From Acidimicrobiia bacterium (GTDB lineage: Bacteria > Actinomycetota > Acidimicrobiia > Spongiisociales > ZC4RG35), in contig OZ244034.1 in NCBI GenBank assembly GCA_965215185.1, positions 1,536,001 to 1,600,000 on the forward strand: a stretch of 64,000 nt of DNA, in the 5' to 3' direction. The notes under the pieces were generated by a model that saw only the letters and a list, made by a program, of their open reading frames with translations, had not been told where the DNA came from and did not search any database. Position 1 is the stretch's first letter; each line of letters starts with the position of its first letter. Below, in pieces: positions 29,421 to 40,313 of this stretch. The position numbers and the translations under genes were made by a program.

Positions 29421-30410
29421 CTAGTTTTCTCCGCTGCTCTGAGTGTGCTGCATAATCACCTTCCTGTGCGGGACGGGTATCTCTATTCCTGCAGCGTCCA
29501 GGGCCTCCTTGATTCGTAGGCGTAGCTCACGTTCGGTTCTCCACTGCAGAGATGGCTTGGTTTTGGCCCTCACTCGTATGAAGATGCCAGATTCCCCCAA
29601 CTCTTGAACGCCTTTGACTTCGGGCGGTTCGGACAGTTCGTCCCCGCCCCATTCGGGGTCTTCCCACATTTCTTTGCCAGCTTGGAGGATTACTGCCATC
29701 GCCTCGCGCAGATCGCAGTTGTATGAGACTTCTATATCCACCTGCGCTCGAGCCCACAACTGGGAATAATTCGCTACAAAATCGATTTTGCCGTTGGGAA
29801 CATTCCAGACGACACCCTGACGGGTGCGGATCGAGGTGGACCTCAACGTTACTTTCTCGACAGTTCCTCGGCCTTTTCCGAAATCTATGTCATCCCCGAC
29901 ACTGTATATGTCCTCAATCATCATGAACACACCGCTCAAAAAGTCTCTAACAGCCGATTGGGCCCCGAAACCTATGGCGACGCCGACGATACCGGCACCG
30001 GCGATAAGTGGACCCAAATTGATGTTGAGTTCGCCTAGAACCAGCAGCCCTGTCAGTACCCAAATGATGATCAGGGCCACGCTGCGAAGCACCACGGCCA
30101 GAGTCTCAGCTCTTCCCTTGGCTCGTAGCTTTACCGCTTCAATCGAGACGGAGGGGTCGCGTCCCACATCCCGAAGCTCCGGCCTGTTTATCCGGTCAGT
30201 GAAATGGCCGATAGCCCGCTTGACGATACGAGAAACCAGCCATCCGCCCAGCAATATCAACAGCACCGTCAACCCGGGTTGTACAAGCCAGGTGGCTATA
30301 TTGGCCAGCATCCTGTTGTCAGACCACTCGTAAACCTTTTCACATACCAGGTTCGCTTGTTCGCCGCACACCGCTGGAACGGTGCTGACTTGCTGGGCTA
30401 AGAGGATCAT
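29421..30410 (-). CDS. mscS: Small-conductance mechanosensitive channel
   Basis: IAGAGIVGVAIGFGAQSAVRDFLSG, VGDDI, GTVEKVTLRST, VPNG, LRIKEALD. Confidence 0.93.
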   Translation of the reverse strand: MILLAQQVSTVPAVCGEQANLVCEKVYEWSDNRMLANIATWLVQPGLTVLLILLGGWLVSRIVKRAIGHFTDRINRPELRDVGRDPSVSIEAVKLRAKGRAETLAVVLRSVALIIIWVLTGLLVLGELNINLGPLIAGAGIVGVAIGFGAQSAVRDFLSGVFMMIEDIYSVGDDIDFGKGRGTVEKVTLRSTSIRTRQGVVWNVPNGKIDFVANYSQLWARAQVDIEVSYNCDLREAMAVILQAGKEMWEDPEWGGDELSEPPEVKGVQELGESGIFIRVRAKTKPSLQWRTERELRLRIKEALDAAGIEIPVPHRKVIMQHTQSSGEN

Positions 30411-31087
30411 CCGGACACACCTGCGCTTGGATCTAGGAAGGAAACCCGGACGGGAGTCTAGTGGTTTGCCTGTTAATAGGGCAGGTAAACAATCGCGCGA
30501 AACCCCTAGTGCACATGCCCTTTCCCTTCTGCGGACCGTATCGATTGTTTAGGCGACACCACTTGTCAACAGCTACCAAGGCATTCCCTACGGCCCTCCT
30601 GTTCTGACGCAACAGGTCCCGCTGACGGCACCGCCTCCTCCGGCAAACGCCGAAAGCGGGTTGACATCGGGTGCCACCTATTTCTTCTGCGACTTTATTG
30701 CGTCCCATACCACGCGGTCAATGTGCCGACCAAGACGGCCCGGAAGACGCTCAACGAATCGCAGATTGGGCTTTCACGGGTGGAGGTCTGCGCCAGGTTG
30801 TCCATACCCCACTACCAAGGCAAGGCCGAGGCGCCGGAGGTGACCCACGATCCCATCCCAGACTCGCAGGCGCCGAGAGCGGCGTCGTGATCTTTCAATA
30901 TTCTGAGCAGCGCCGCCGAGGCCTGGACCGGAGTAAGGTAATGCGTTGTGGGTCGCAACCCCAATCCCCTCTGGTTCGACGATTACCGGGGCCCCGTTCT
31001 GTTCAATAGAGCGGGCCTCTTCGGCCACCCTCGTGTGAAGAGAGAGCGGTCGGCAGCACCGTCCCCGTACCTGGATAGGCGGGCGGC

Positions 31088-31798
31088 GTGATCGACAAAC
31101 GGGCAGGTAACCCGCGGCAGGCCCTAGCGGGCGTCAGCGACGGTGACACCATCATGATCGGCGGCTTCGGTGAATCCGGCAGCCCGATCGAGCTCATTCA
31201 CGCCTTGATTGATCACGGAGCCACCAACCTCACAGTGGTGAGCAACAACTCCGGCAACGGCGAGGTGGGGATAGCCGCTCTCATTCGAGCCGGTCGGGTC
31301 GCCAAGGTGACCTGCTCGTTTCCGCGCAGTTCGCATTCCACCGTGTTCCCGGACTTTTACCGCTCCGGCCGGATCGAACTCGAACTGGTGCCTCAGGGCA
31401 CGCTTGCCGAGCGGATCAGAGCAGGGGGCGCCGGCATCCCCGCCTTCTACACGCCGACCGCGGCTCGAACCGACCTGGCAGCGGGCAAAGAGAGCCGGGA
31501 GTTCAATGGGCGGCTTTGCCTCCTCGAGCATGGGCTAATTGCAGACTGGACCCTGATCAAGGCCCATACTGCCGACTGGCACGGCAACCTTATCTACAAC
31601 AAGACCGCCAGAAACTTCTCTCCGCTCATGGCCATGGCCGGCAAGACCACGGTTGTGCAGGCAACCTCCGTAGTCGAGCCGGGCATGCTGGACCCCGAGA
31701 CGGTGATCACACCGGGCATCTTCGTCGACCACGTAGTGCATGTGCCGAATCCTCAGCACGAGTCAGAACTGGTCACCCAAGGCGCCTGCTACCCATGA
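31088..31798 (+). CDS. 3-oxoacid CoA-transferase subunit A (PcaI-like)
   Basis: IMIGGFG, VSNN, PQGTLAERIRAGG.GIPAFYT, TARNF, ITPGIFVD. Confidence 0.93.
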   Translation: MIDKRAGNPRQALAGVSDGDTIMIGGFGESGSPIELIHALIDHGATNLTVVSNNSGNGEVGIAALIRAGRVAKVTCSFPRSSHSTVFPDFYRSGRIELELVPQGTLAERIRAGGAGIPAFYTPTAARTDLAAGKESREFNGRLCLLEHGLIADWTLIKAHTADWHGNLIYNKTARNFSPLMAMAGKTTVVQATSVVEPGMLDPETVITPGIFVDHVVHVPNPQHESELVTQGACYP

Positions 31799-32466
31799 GC
31801 GTGACGGTGAAGGGATTGACAAAGGAGCAGATTGCCCGGCGCGCCGCGCTGGACATCGCTGACGGCTCCTACGTCAACCTGGGGATCGGCATGCCCGAGT
31901 TAATCGCCCAGTTCATCCCAGCTGACCGCCAGATCGTGCTGCACACCGAAAACGGGCTGCTAGGAATGGGCCCGGCGCCAGCGCCCGGACACGGTGACCC
32001 GGAGCTCATCAATGCCGGCAAACAGCAGGTCACTACCCTACCGGGAGCCTCCTACTTCCACCAGGCCGACAGCTTCGCCATGATCCGAGGCGGTCACCTC
32101 GATCTCTGCGTGCTGGGCGCCTTGGAGGTGGCCGCCAACGGTGATCTCGCCAACTGGTCGACGGGCCAGCATGCCATCCCGGCAGTCGGCGGGGCGATGG
32201 ACCTTGTGTCTGGGGTAAAGGCCGTGTATGTGATGACAAGACACTGCACTCGGGATGGGACGCCGAAACTCGTCGAGCGCTGCTCGTACCCGCTGACCGG
32301 AGCCGGGATAGTTAACCGGGTCTACACCGATCTGGCCGTCATCGACATAACCGCCAACGGGTTCGAGGTCATCGAAGTGTCTGCGGGGATTTCCCTCGAC
32401 GATGTCGCGGCCCGAACGGCGGCGCCACTCCTGGACGCCCGGCCGCAGGTACTCCCCCTAGCCTGA
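31795..32466 (+). CDS. 3-oxoacid CoA-transferase subunit B (PcaJ-like)
   Basis: VNLGIGMP, HTENG, SFAMIRGGH, GDLANW, GGAMDL, YPLTG; ATGA overlap. Confidence 0.93.
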   Translation: MSVTVKGLTKEQIARRAALDIADGSYVNLGIGMPELIAQFIPADRQIVLHTENGLLGMGPAPAPGHGDPELINAGKQQVTTLPGASYFHQADSFAMIRGGHLDLCVLGALEVAANGDLANWSTGQHAIPAVGGAMDLVSGVKAVYVMTRHCTRDGTPKLVERCSYPLTGAGIVNRVYTDLAVIDITANGFEVIEVSAGISLDDVAARTAAPLLDARPQVLPLA

Positions 32467-33489
32467 AACCGGGTTACACAAGTCAGGTTCTTCGTCACAG
32501 CAGAGGATGTCACACCGGTGGGTAGGCGTTGCTACGTTGCGCGAGACTTCGGCGTTTAGCAGTCGAGCCGGGAGGTCCGGGTCATCGATGGTTACCACAA
32601 ACACCTTGCCATCATGCAGATCGACACGGATGCCAGGACCCGCACGCAGCACCACGGCAGCACGTTTCAAAAGAGTCAGGCTGCCCCGGTATCCCCAGCC
32701 ACCCCAATCGGCCGGACGAACGTCTATGGCATGAACTGTGGCGATGCGATGTATGGGCACCGATGTACGAGGCCACCCCAAGAACCCGTAACGCACCTGC
32801 AGTCCCGACTGGTCGGCGGTTACGCGTATACGACCGAAGGCGGACAAAACAATCGCTATGAACAGCAACACCAACACAACCCACAGCTCCGTGAGTTGTG
32901 GGACAACCAGCGCGACAAGCAAAACAGCCAGGCTGGAAAACAGAGGCCACCTGGCGGACAGAGTGGAACTCCAGAACACCCGCTCCCCTACAGTGAGATT
33001 CATCACCGGCGGCGGGGCGTCGGTGCCGGTCTCGGAATCGAAAGGAAGCGACGAGGCGATCCGCGCCGCCACGCTGCCGGCGCCCAGGCTGCCGCCGATC
33101 CAGACGATCAGCGCCCAAGGGGAAAGGGTTGCATCCTGCCATCGCTCCAACCCTCGTTGGTCAATGGCCGTGGTGGCGAGCATCCCGGCACAGAGCGCCC
33201 CAATGAACGCGCCGACAAACGCCACGCTCGGTGCGACCATCGGCTGAAGCTTGCGCCGAGTGAGGGCGATTGCCAGGCACCCCCCCAGGCCAAGCACCAT
33301 CAGCGCCCCGATGACAATGAAAAACTGTTCCGGTGTCATCGAGCCATCCGCTTTGCCAGAGATGCCATAGTGACTTGCTACCCGGTTGGGAAGGTCGGAG
33401 CGATAGGCCTGGAATGGAATGAGGCCCATGGACACCACCGCCACAGGGATGCCGGCGCCCAGGGCCGTGCGTCGTATCCACTCGTTCAT
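32458..33489 (-). CDS. DUF1648/SdpI-like membrane protein with PH-like C-terminal domain
   Basis: LPNRVASHYGISGKADG, several TM helices, WGGWGYRG..VVLRAG..FVVTIDD. Confidence 0.8.
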   Translation of the reverse strand: MNEWIRRTALGAGIPVAVVSMGLIPFQAYRSDLPNRVASHYGISGKADGSMTPEQFFIVIGALMVLGLGGCLAIALTRRKLQPMVAPSVAFVGAFIGALCAGMLATTAIDQRGLERWQDATLSPWALIVWIGGSLGAGSVAARIASSLPFDSETGTDAPPPVMNLTVGERVFWSSTLSARWPLFSSLAVLLVALVVPQLTELWVVLVLLFIAIVLSAFGRIRVTADQSGLQVRYGFLGWPRTSVPIHRIATVHAIDVRPADWGGWGYRGSLTLLKRAAVVLRAGPGIRVDLHDGKVFVVTIDDPDLPARLLNAEVSRNVATPTHRCDILCCDEEPDLCNPVSG

Positions 33490-33833
33490 AGCTGCACCTC
33501 CACAAGTCGCAGGATTTCGCGATTCCCAAACCCGGCGCGACGGGCTTCGCTGACCAGCTGCCGGGCGAGTTCGACATGTCGCATGACCGACTTGGCACCC
33601 GCTGCCACAGACGTACCTCGTCCTCTGCGGATTTCCAGCAAGCCCTCATCACGCAACGTCTGAAACGCCCGCAGGACCGTGTGCACATTCACCCCTAGGC
33701 CCTTGGCGACTTCGCGGGCCGGAGGTAATTTCGCGCCATCTTCAAGGTCCTGCGTGGCAATGCCACGACGCAGCTGACCGGCTAACTGTTCGTGTAGAGG
33801 TTGCGGGGATTGTGCATCAATCTTCCAAAGCAT
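33486..33833 (-). CDS. GntR (YtrA subfamily) transcriptional regulator
   Basis: PLHEQL, LPPAREVA..GVNVHTVLRAF..L..EGL..RRGRGT; 115 aa. Confidence 0.92.
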   Translation of the reverse strand: MLWKIDAQSPQPLHEQLAGQLRRGIATQDLEDGAKLPPAREVAKGLGVNVHTVLRAFQTLRDEGLLEIRRGRGTSVAAGAKSVMRHVELARQLVSEARRAGFGNREILRLVEVQL

Positions 33834-33855
33834 AATTCTATTATCACTAGAACTA
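33833..33855. promoter_or_regulatory. Probable YtrA-type operator at the gntR start
   Basis: AT-rich inverted repeat taattcta-N7-tagaacta (7/8) abutting the start codon. Confidence 0.55.
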
Positions 33856-34144
33856 TATGTATTACCAAATGACATTACACCCAAGACCCAGAGAACTCCC
33901 TCGAACGAGACTCGGCGACACCCGACAGCTTGGACGGGCTTTTTTGGGATCCAAGCATCGGGTCTGGAAGGTCTTGATGACAAAGATCGTTAGCACCGCT
34001 ATCACGTCCGAATACCTGCGGGCCGCACCTCATAGAGATGTTCATCGCGCCAACTCCATTGGGTGCTGTCCTAGAGTGGCGGTCTTGCATGCCCGCAGGC
34101 ACCAACAGCAGCGCCCTCATCCCCCAACACCGGCGAGCGGGTGG

Positions 34145-35260
34145 TCAGTTGAGGGTGTGTAGTGGTTCGGTGTAGGGGAATCCCAGGGCGTCGGCGACTG
34201 CCGGCTGGGTGATCTGGCCCCGCCGCACATTCAGGCCGTCCTGCAGACCCCGGTCGGATCGGATCGCTTCGACTGTCCCCAGGTCGGCCAGCTTAAGCAC
34301 GTAAGGGAGTGTGGCGTCGTTGAGCGCCTGTGTGGAGGTGCGGGGCACGGCGCCAGGCATGTTGGCCACGCAATAGTGCACTACGTCGTCGACTATGTAG
34401 GTGGGATCAGCGTGGGTGGTGGGCCGCGAGGTCTCAGCGCAACCGCCCTGGTCGATGGCCACGTCCACGATCACCGAGCCAGGCCGCATCTGCCTGACCA
34501 TATGGGCCGTGATCAGGCGGGGCGCCCGGGCCCCAGGCAACAGGACTGCCCCTATCACCAGGTCGGCGGCCATCACGGCATGCTCCAAGGTGACAGGGCT
34601 GGAGTAGAGGGTGTGCACGGTCGGCCCGAACCGGGCGGCCAGCGATTCGAGCACGCCTGCGTCGCGGTCCAACACGGTCACATCAGCGCCGAGGCCGAGC
34701 GCCATCTTCACCGCGTTTCGGCCAACGACGCCTCCGCCAATCACAACGACCGGCGCCGCGGCCGCGCCGGGAATGCCACCTAGTAGCACACCGCGGCCGC
34801 CCACGGAGGCTTCGAGGCATCGAGCCCCGGCCTGCACAGACATCCTTCCCGCCACCTGCGACATAGGCGCCAGCAGCGGCAGCCGGCCCGCGCGGTCCGT
34901 CACCGACTCATATGCGATGGCAGTGACCCCGCTGTCGAGCAAATTGTGGGCCTGTTCGGGGTCGGGCGCGAGATGCAGGTAAGTGAACAGGGTGTGGTGG
35001 CTCCGTAGCCGGGCTCGCTCGACGCCGAGCGGCTCCTTGACCTTCACAACCAACTCAGCTGCCTCGAAGACTTCCTCCGCGGTGTCGAGCAGCCGCGCGC
35101 CTCGGGTCGCGTACTCCTCGTCGCTGAATCCCGCCCCCGTGCCAGCGTGGCGTTCCACGAACACCTCGTGGCCCCGGTTGGCTGCCTGTGCGGCACTCTC
35201 GGGCGTGAGCCCGACGCGGCGCTCCTCGGTCTTGATCTCCTTGGGCACACCTATTCGCAT
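34145..35260 (-). CDS. ald: Alanine dehydrogenase
   Basis: MRIGVPKEIK, KVKEP, FTYLHLA, IGGGVVG, VDVAIDQGG, HYCVANMPG. Confidence 0.97.
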   Translation of the reverse strand: MRIGVPKEIKTEERRVGLTPESAAQAANRGHEVFVERHAGTGAGFSDEEYATRGARLLDTAEEVFEAAELVVKVKEPLGVERARLRSHHTLFTYLHLAPDPEQAHNLLDSGVTAIAYESVTDRAGRLPLLAPMSQVAGRMSVQAGARCLEASVGGRGVLLGGIPGAAAAPVVVIGGGVVGRNAVKMALGLGADVTVLDRDAGVLESLAARFGPTVHTLYSSPVTLEHAVMAADLVIGAVLLPGARAPRLITAHMVRQMRPGSVIVDVAIDQGGCAETSRPTTHADPTYIVDDVVHYCVANMPGAVPRTSTQALNDATLPYVLKLADLGTVEAIRSDRGLQDGLNVRRGQITQPAVADALGFPYTEPLHTLN

Positions 35261-35383
35261 AGACCTCTCCTCACCTGGAAGGCGGTCGTGTCAGACACCC
35301 GCGTAACACCCACTACTTTAGCGGTTTTTGCTTATCACATCACCAGAGAATGCGAGAAATTCGCGTCACTCCGTCGGTATTTG

Positions 35384-36382
35384 CTAATTGAGGCCAAGTA
35401 GTTTCTCGGGATTGCTCTTGACCAATTTGCGAACATCATCAGCCGGCATGCCCAGATCCAGAAGAGACGCAATAAACTCACGCAATCCTTCGACGGGATC
35501 TGGCAGCGTATACACGCCGAAATCTGTGGCAATAATGCAATGGTCGACTCCCACCTCTTGGATCTGTTCGGCAGCTTTCCTGATGCTGCCCCTCACCTCA
35601 CCGGTCGTTTCCTCATCAATGGCTGCATATTCTCGCTCGACGTAGTAGTGGGTCTTGGGAATCGTCGTGGTATGTGTGAACGCACCCAAGGTGTATTCGA
35701 TGAACGCACCCTTTCCAGCCATATAGTGGAGTTGGTCGGTCGATGCCACCTGAGTGACCGCGGTGGCGACGAGCACGTTGTTGATCCCGTAATGGTGGGC
35801 AAGGTCAACCAGGCGGATGGCTTCATCGGCCGAGACGTGGCCGGTGTTCAAAAAGACATCGGGATTGTCCGAGATCAGTCCCAGAATTTCATCTAGCTCA
35901 TGCCCGATTGGCCCTTCTACTGGGATGCTGACGGCTCGCTCCACTTCCTCTCTTTTGAACTCCGGATACAAAGCAGCTAGTGATCTGAATTCTCCGTCCA
36001 CTATTCGACCCTCCCTGGAAGCTTGGAAATAGGTGGAATGAGCGCCGAAGCTAACGAATTTGGCGCCATCACCGTACCGGAGGGCCGTTTTAACAGCCCG
36101 AGGGTTCAACCCACCATTCACGGTATTGAGGATCAGACCACCGTAAACCATGAAGTCAGGAACGGCTCTGTTCACAATCCAGGCCACTCCGTTGCTCATC
36201 TGAAAAACATCCATAAGCACTATTGCTCGCATGCCGGCATCCCGCGCCTGCATGGCGGCCTGAATCGAGTCAAGTCTTCTGGGACTGCTCGGCAGGTGTG
36301 GTGTGGCATGTACGTGGATGTCTATGGCGCCTTGCAGAAGCTCTTGAGAAAGTTCAAAGGAACGACCTTCGGGCAATAGCAT
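35384..36382 (-). CDS. Amidohydrolase-fold protein (DUF6282-like)
   Basis: GAIDIHVH, GGLNP, NTGH, ATDFG, NPEKLLGL; AGGAGG RBS. Confidence 0.8.
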   Translation of the reverse strand: MLLPEGRSFELSQELLQGAIDIHVHATPHLPSSPRRLDSIQAAMQARDAGMRAIVLMDVFQMSNGVAWIVNRAVPDFMVYGGLILNTVNGGLNPRAVKTALRYGDGAKFVSFGAHSTYFQASREGRIVDGEFRSLAALYPEFKREEVERAVSIPVEGPIGHELDEILGLISDNPDVFLNTGHVSADEAIRLVDLAHHYGINNVLVATAVTQVASTDQLHYMAGKGAFIEYTLGAFTHTTTIPKTHYYVEREYAAIDEETTGEVRGSIRKAAEQIQEVGVDHCIIATDFGVYTLPDPVEGLREFIASLLDLGMPADDVRKLVKSNPEKLLGLN

Positions 36383-36604
36383 GCAACTCCTCCTCACCGA
36401 AATGCATAAGACGAGTCATGATGAGTCGCCGCCATCGATATTACCTTTCCCAGCTTTTAGAAAACAGGTAACCTGGCGCGAGTCGCTTTAGGCGACCAGC
36501 AAGGGGATCGAAAACTCTTCGGGCGGTGCCGCCAAGGATGCCCAACCATGTGCACTGACCCGGCAAGGGCTCCCCATCCTCGCTTGCGACTTAGGTCGCT
36601 TCTA

Positions 36605-37726
36605 TCAACTGCAGGCTTCTCCGTCTTTGTCTCCGTCGAGCCGGTCAAAGTCTTGACCCGTCACTGTTAAGGGCTTGTATTTCCGAGGAATGTCGCCACA
36701 GTTGGCATCATCGCTGGTGTTGCCCAGAGCGGGAACCTCAGAGCACGGATTCCCGGAGGATGACGTGTACGGACAACTGCCGTTACCTGCCGACGCGGCG
36801 GGGGCATTGGTGGTGGCCGTTGCCGGAGCAACCCTGTTGGTGACTGGGACGGTGGTAAGGGTCACCGTGGATTCGCAGGTGTTCAGCATCTCCTTCAACT
36901 CCCGTACCTCGGTTTGGTCTGCCGTTAGGTCCCACACGGTTTTGACCTTTATCCAGTCGGTGGCGTACTCGCACCACACAGACCGATCCGACGGTTTCCA
37001 CTCGGCGGGATCCCGCGACCCTTTTGACCGGTTGGAAGAAGCACTGACCGCGGTAAGCGCCTGTGGGTGAATCAAATCATTGGCGTACTGCCTCTTTTGG
37101 GAAGAGTTCCACTGCCACCCTCCCGAAGAGTGAGCCTCGGCTAAAGGAACCATGTGGTCAATGTCCAAATCGGACGGATCGGCAACCACTTTCCCGTCGT
37201 ACCAAGAAAGCCAGGTGCTGTCTGAGCGTTTTTCTTCTTCCAAGACGGAGCAGCGTGTGTTGCATCCCGACCTGACCTGAGTCCACGACCCGTACAGATC
37301 ACGGTCGTAAGCCACTCCCCCGTCGCTTTCATCCGCTAGTCGCAGTTTCAGAACCACACCTTCCGATTTCGGAGAAACGTCGGCCAGGGTGGTGCTCGGT
37401 GCCGTCGTAGTCGGTACCCCCGTCGTAGTCGGCGCCTCTGTGGAAGTCGGTACCGCCGTGGTAGTCGGCGCCGCCGTATCGGTAAGCACGGCGGTCGTGC
37501 TCGGCAACGCCTTGGTGATGGTTGGAGTGGCGGTCGTAGTACTGGGGGCGACCGTAGTAGCGGTGACCGGAGCAGCCGTGGTGGTGTAAGAGGAATCACC
37601 CGCGATCTCGCCACAGGCCGTCTGGGTGAACACCAAGACGGCCAACACCAAGACCAGGAGGTTGCGCCGTCCTGCCCCGTGGCGAGGAGAAGAACCGGTG
37701 AAATGGAAAGGGACACCGGAAGACAT
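36605..37726 (-). CDS. Secreted lipoprotein with Thr-rich linker, DUF1524 HNH nuclease and Excalibur-like Ca-binding tail
   Basis: QTAC lipobox; PTTT repeats; GCNTR, DIDHMVPLAEA, NRSKG.RDP.EW.P, CEYA..W..VK; DRLDGDKDGEAC. Confidence 0.85.
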   Translation of the reverse strand: MSSGVPFHFTGSSPRHGAGRRNLLVLVLAVLVFTQTACGEIAGDSSYTTTAAPVTATTVAPSTTTATPTITKALPSTTAVLTDTAAPTTTAVPTSTEAPTTTGVPTTTAPSTTLADVSPKSEGVVLKLRLADESDGGVAYDRDLYGSWTQVRSGCNTRCSVLEEEKRSDSTWLSWYDGKVVADPSDLDIDHMVPLAEAHSSGGWQWNSSQKRQYANDLIHPQALTAVSASSNRSKGSRDPAEWKPSDRSVWCEYATDWIKVKTVWDLTADQTEVRELKEMLNTCESTVTLTTVPVTNRVAPATATTNAPAASAGNGSCPYTSSSGNPCSEVPALGNTSDDANCGDIPRKYKPLTVTGQDFDRLDGDKDGEACS

Positions 37727-37906
37727 AGCAACACAACGGTAAAAGATTCACCCACGGCAACGAAACCCTTTGGGGAATGGGCTCTTGCCGGTGGCCGCCG
37801 CTGGTGCGGGGACATCATGGACTACGCCCCTAAGACGTCAACCGCCCCAGGCCCATCGTGCGGACTTGCCAAACTAAGGAATGTCACGATCAGACTGGAG
37901 GCACTC

Positions 37907-39139
37907 TTGGGACCCCTCGACGTTGAATATGCCCGTAGCCAGTTCCCCGCTTTTTCCGATGCCCGGGTCGCCGACTGGGCTCACTTCGAGAACGCGGGCG
38001 GCTCCTATGTGTGTCGTCAAGTTATCGATCGGCTGACCGCTTTCTACCGCAACACCAAGGTACAGCCCGGTTACGCCTTCCCCATCTCGGTCCAGGCCGC
38101 CGCGGCCATGGAACGCTCCTACCAGCGGCTGGCGGAGTGGATGGGCGTCGGAGCGGATGAGATACATTTCGGACCCTCCACCTCGCAGAACACCTACGTC
38201 TTGACCCGGGCATTCCGGTCCACATGGCGGGAGGGGGACGAGATTGTTGCATCCACTCAGGATCATGAAGCCAATGCCGGGGTGTGGAGGCGGTTGGCGT
38301 CCACGGGTATCAAGGTCAGGGAATGGCGGGTCGATCCCGAGAAAGGAACCCTGGATGTTGCCGATCTCGACGAGTTGCTGACCGAACGCACCCGACTGGT
38401 GGCCTTTCCCCACGCCTCCAACGTGGTGGCCGCCATCAACCCTGTCCCCGAAGTCGTCGCCCGCGCCAGGGCGGTGGGCGCGAGGGTGTTGGTGGATGGG
38501 GTGTCGTACGCCCCCCACGGCCTCCCCGACATAGGAGCGTTGGGAGTCGATGTGTACCTGTTCTCCGCCTACAAGACGTGGGGTCCGCACCAGGGGGTGA
38601 TGTTCGTCCGCCGCGACCTGACCGACCGCCTCGGGAACGAGAGCCACTACTTCGTGGCCAACAAGCCACGTCTCAAGCTGATTCCGGCCGGGCTCGACCA
38701 TGCTCAAGTGGCGGCATGCGCGGGGATCGTCGATTACCTGGACGATCTATACACGCACCATGGAGGGAGGGAAGCCTCCCCGGTGAAGCGGGGCCGGGAT
38801 GTCCACGACTGGTTCCGGGCCCACGAGACGGACCTACTGAGCCAGCTGCTGCACTACCTGGCCGACCGTGATGACGTAAGGGTGGTGGGCCCCTCCGATG
38901 CCATCCGGCGGGCCCCCACTGTCTCTATCGTTCCGTTGAAGCGGCCCATCGCCGCGGTGGCGGAGTCCCTGATCAGCAGCCAGATGATGGTGGGGACCGG
39001 GGATTTCTACGCGCCCCGCCTACTCAAGGAGATGGGAATCGCCCCGGACCCGGGTGTGCTGAGGATCTCCTTCATCCATTACACCACCGCAGACGAGATC
39101 AACCGCCTCATCGAAGCCCTCGACCGCGCCCTGGGGTGA
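37907..39139 (+). CDS. Class V PLP aminotransferase (cysteine desulfurase-like)
   Basis: FENAGGS, DHEAN, HASN, VDGVSYAPH, FSAYKTWG, LRISFIHY; TTG start with GGAGG RBS. Confidence 0.9.
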   Translation: MGPLDVEYARSQFPAFSDARVADWAHFENAGGSYVCRQVIDRLTAFYRNTKVQPGYAFPISVQAAAAMERSYQRLAEWMGVGADEIHFGPSTSQNTYVLTRAFRSTWREGDEIVASTQDHEANAGVWRRLASTGIKVREWRVDPEKGTLDVADLDELLTERTRLVAFPHASNVVAAINPVPEVVARARAVGARVLVDGVSYAPHGLPDIGALGVDVYLFSAYKTWGPHQGVMFVRRDLTDRLGNESHYFVANKPRLKLIPAGLDHAQVAACAGIVDYLDDLYTHHGGREASPVKRGRDVHDWFRAHETDLLSQLLHYLADRDDVRVVGPSDAIRRAPTVSIVPLKRPIAAVAESLISSQMMVGTGDFYAPRLLKEMGIAPDPGVLRISFIHYTTADEINRLIEALDRALG

Positions 39140-39406
39140 GGACACTTCCTGGCAGCCCGAACCCGCGAGGGCGATGCCCGATCCTTGGGCAGCGGCTCAT
39201 ATTGTTCAAGGTGCGACCGAGCACTCGGGTCGCTTTGAACGCATCGGTGCCGACTGTCCGTGGTGGGAATAGACACCTGTGCCTTCGATCTCCAAGGATG
39301 TGGGGCGTACCTTTACCCTCCGGTAACACCTCTTTTCGGACTTCTCCTGACAGATCCCGAAGGCCGCGAATAGACTCAAGACTCATGCTGACTTGAGGGA
39401 GGCGCG

Positions 39407-39890
39407 GTGCGCAAAGTCGACCTGGCTCAACCGAAGACACTTCTGTTAGCGGTCATTGTGTTGGTGACGACCTGCTCGGAACCGGTGCCGCGGCCGGGCA
39501 GGAATCGGGTTCCGACACCTTCGGTGATGTCCCTGCCGGACATTGGGCAGACCAGGCCATCGGGTGGGCGGTCGCCAACGACATCACCAGGGGCGTAGCC
39601 GCGGGCCGCTTCGATCCTAACGGAACCGTTACCCGAGCCCAGATCGTCACCTTCCTTTACCGAGCCTTCCATTTCAGCCAGGGCACTCCTGTTACCTCCG
39701 GCGCCACGAAACGATCGGTTGGGCAGCCACCTACGGCATCACTTCAGGAGTGGGCCCGAATCAATTCGGCCCCGATGGAACGGTAACCCGCGCACAAATC
39801 GTCACCTTCCTCCATCGCATGGTGAATCTTGCGCAAAGCACCCGACCACCCTCCTGATTCCAACCCATGCCGGACCTGGGAGATGTGGTG
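39407..39890 (+). pseudogene. Frameshifted SLH-domain surface protein remnant
   Basis: Manual translation: FGDVPAGHWADQAIGWAVANDITRG..FDPNGTVTRAQIVTFLYR and WAATYGITSG..FGPDGTVTRAQIVTFLHR; the signal peptide is in another frame. Confidence 0.75.
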
Positions 39891-39944
39891 GTGCATCCTG
39901 TTGCTCCGGTCGCCGGAATGGGGAATCTAGGTGTCCGGTGTCGG

Positions 39945-40290
39945 ATGTCAACTCAGCGCTGATTGTGTACACGCCGGTACGGTCGCCGCTGCCTGACCCC
40001 ACGGAGATGTAGTAGAGACCGGTGCTGTCCGGCTGGAAGACGATGCTGACGTTCTTCCCGCTGGCAGAGCTGGTCGTGCCGTTGTTCATCGTTTCGTTCC
40101 TGTCGTGGATTCCGAGGATTTTGAGGTCGGTCGCCTGGTGTTCTTCTGGTATTTCGGCTCTCGTCCAGAGTCTCACCGTATAAATGTGGCCTTGGGTGAG
40201 TTCGATTCCCCACCAGTCCTCGTCGGGTTCGCCATCCCAGTTGTCCCCAAGAAATTCGCCGGTCGAGTACGCGGGAAAGGCTGGTTGCTC
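39945..40290 (-). pseudogene. Fragment of a PPC-like repeat surface protein
   Basis: DEDWWGIELTQGHIYTV..ILGIHD..VFQPDSTGLYYISVG..TGVYTIS with no clear start or end. Confidence 0.6.
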
Positions 40291-40313
40291 ACAACATCAG
40301 CTTCGACGTAAGG

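Noticed and set aside
30430-31010. Possible gene or RNA between mscS and the CoA-transferase genes
   Set aside because: Only short frames with no recognisable motif or convincing structure.
37380-37590. Short periodic repeats (also 55623-55658 and 54000-54160)
   Set aside because: Explained by Thr/Ala/Pro linkers and LRV protein repeats.
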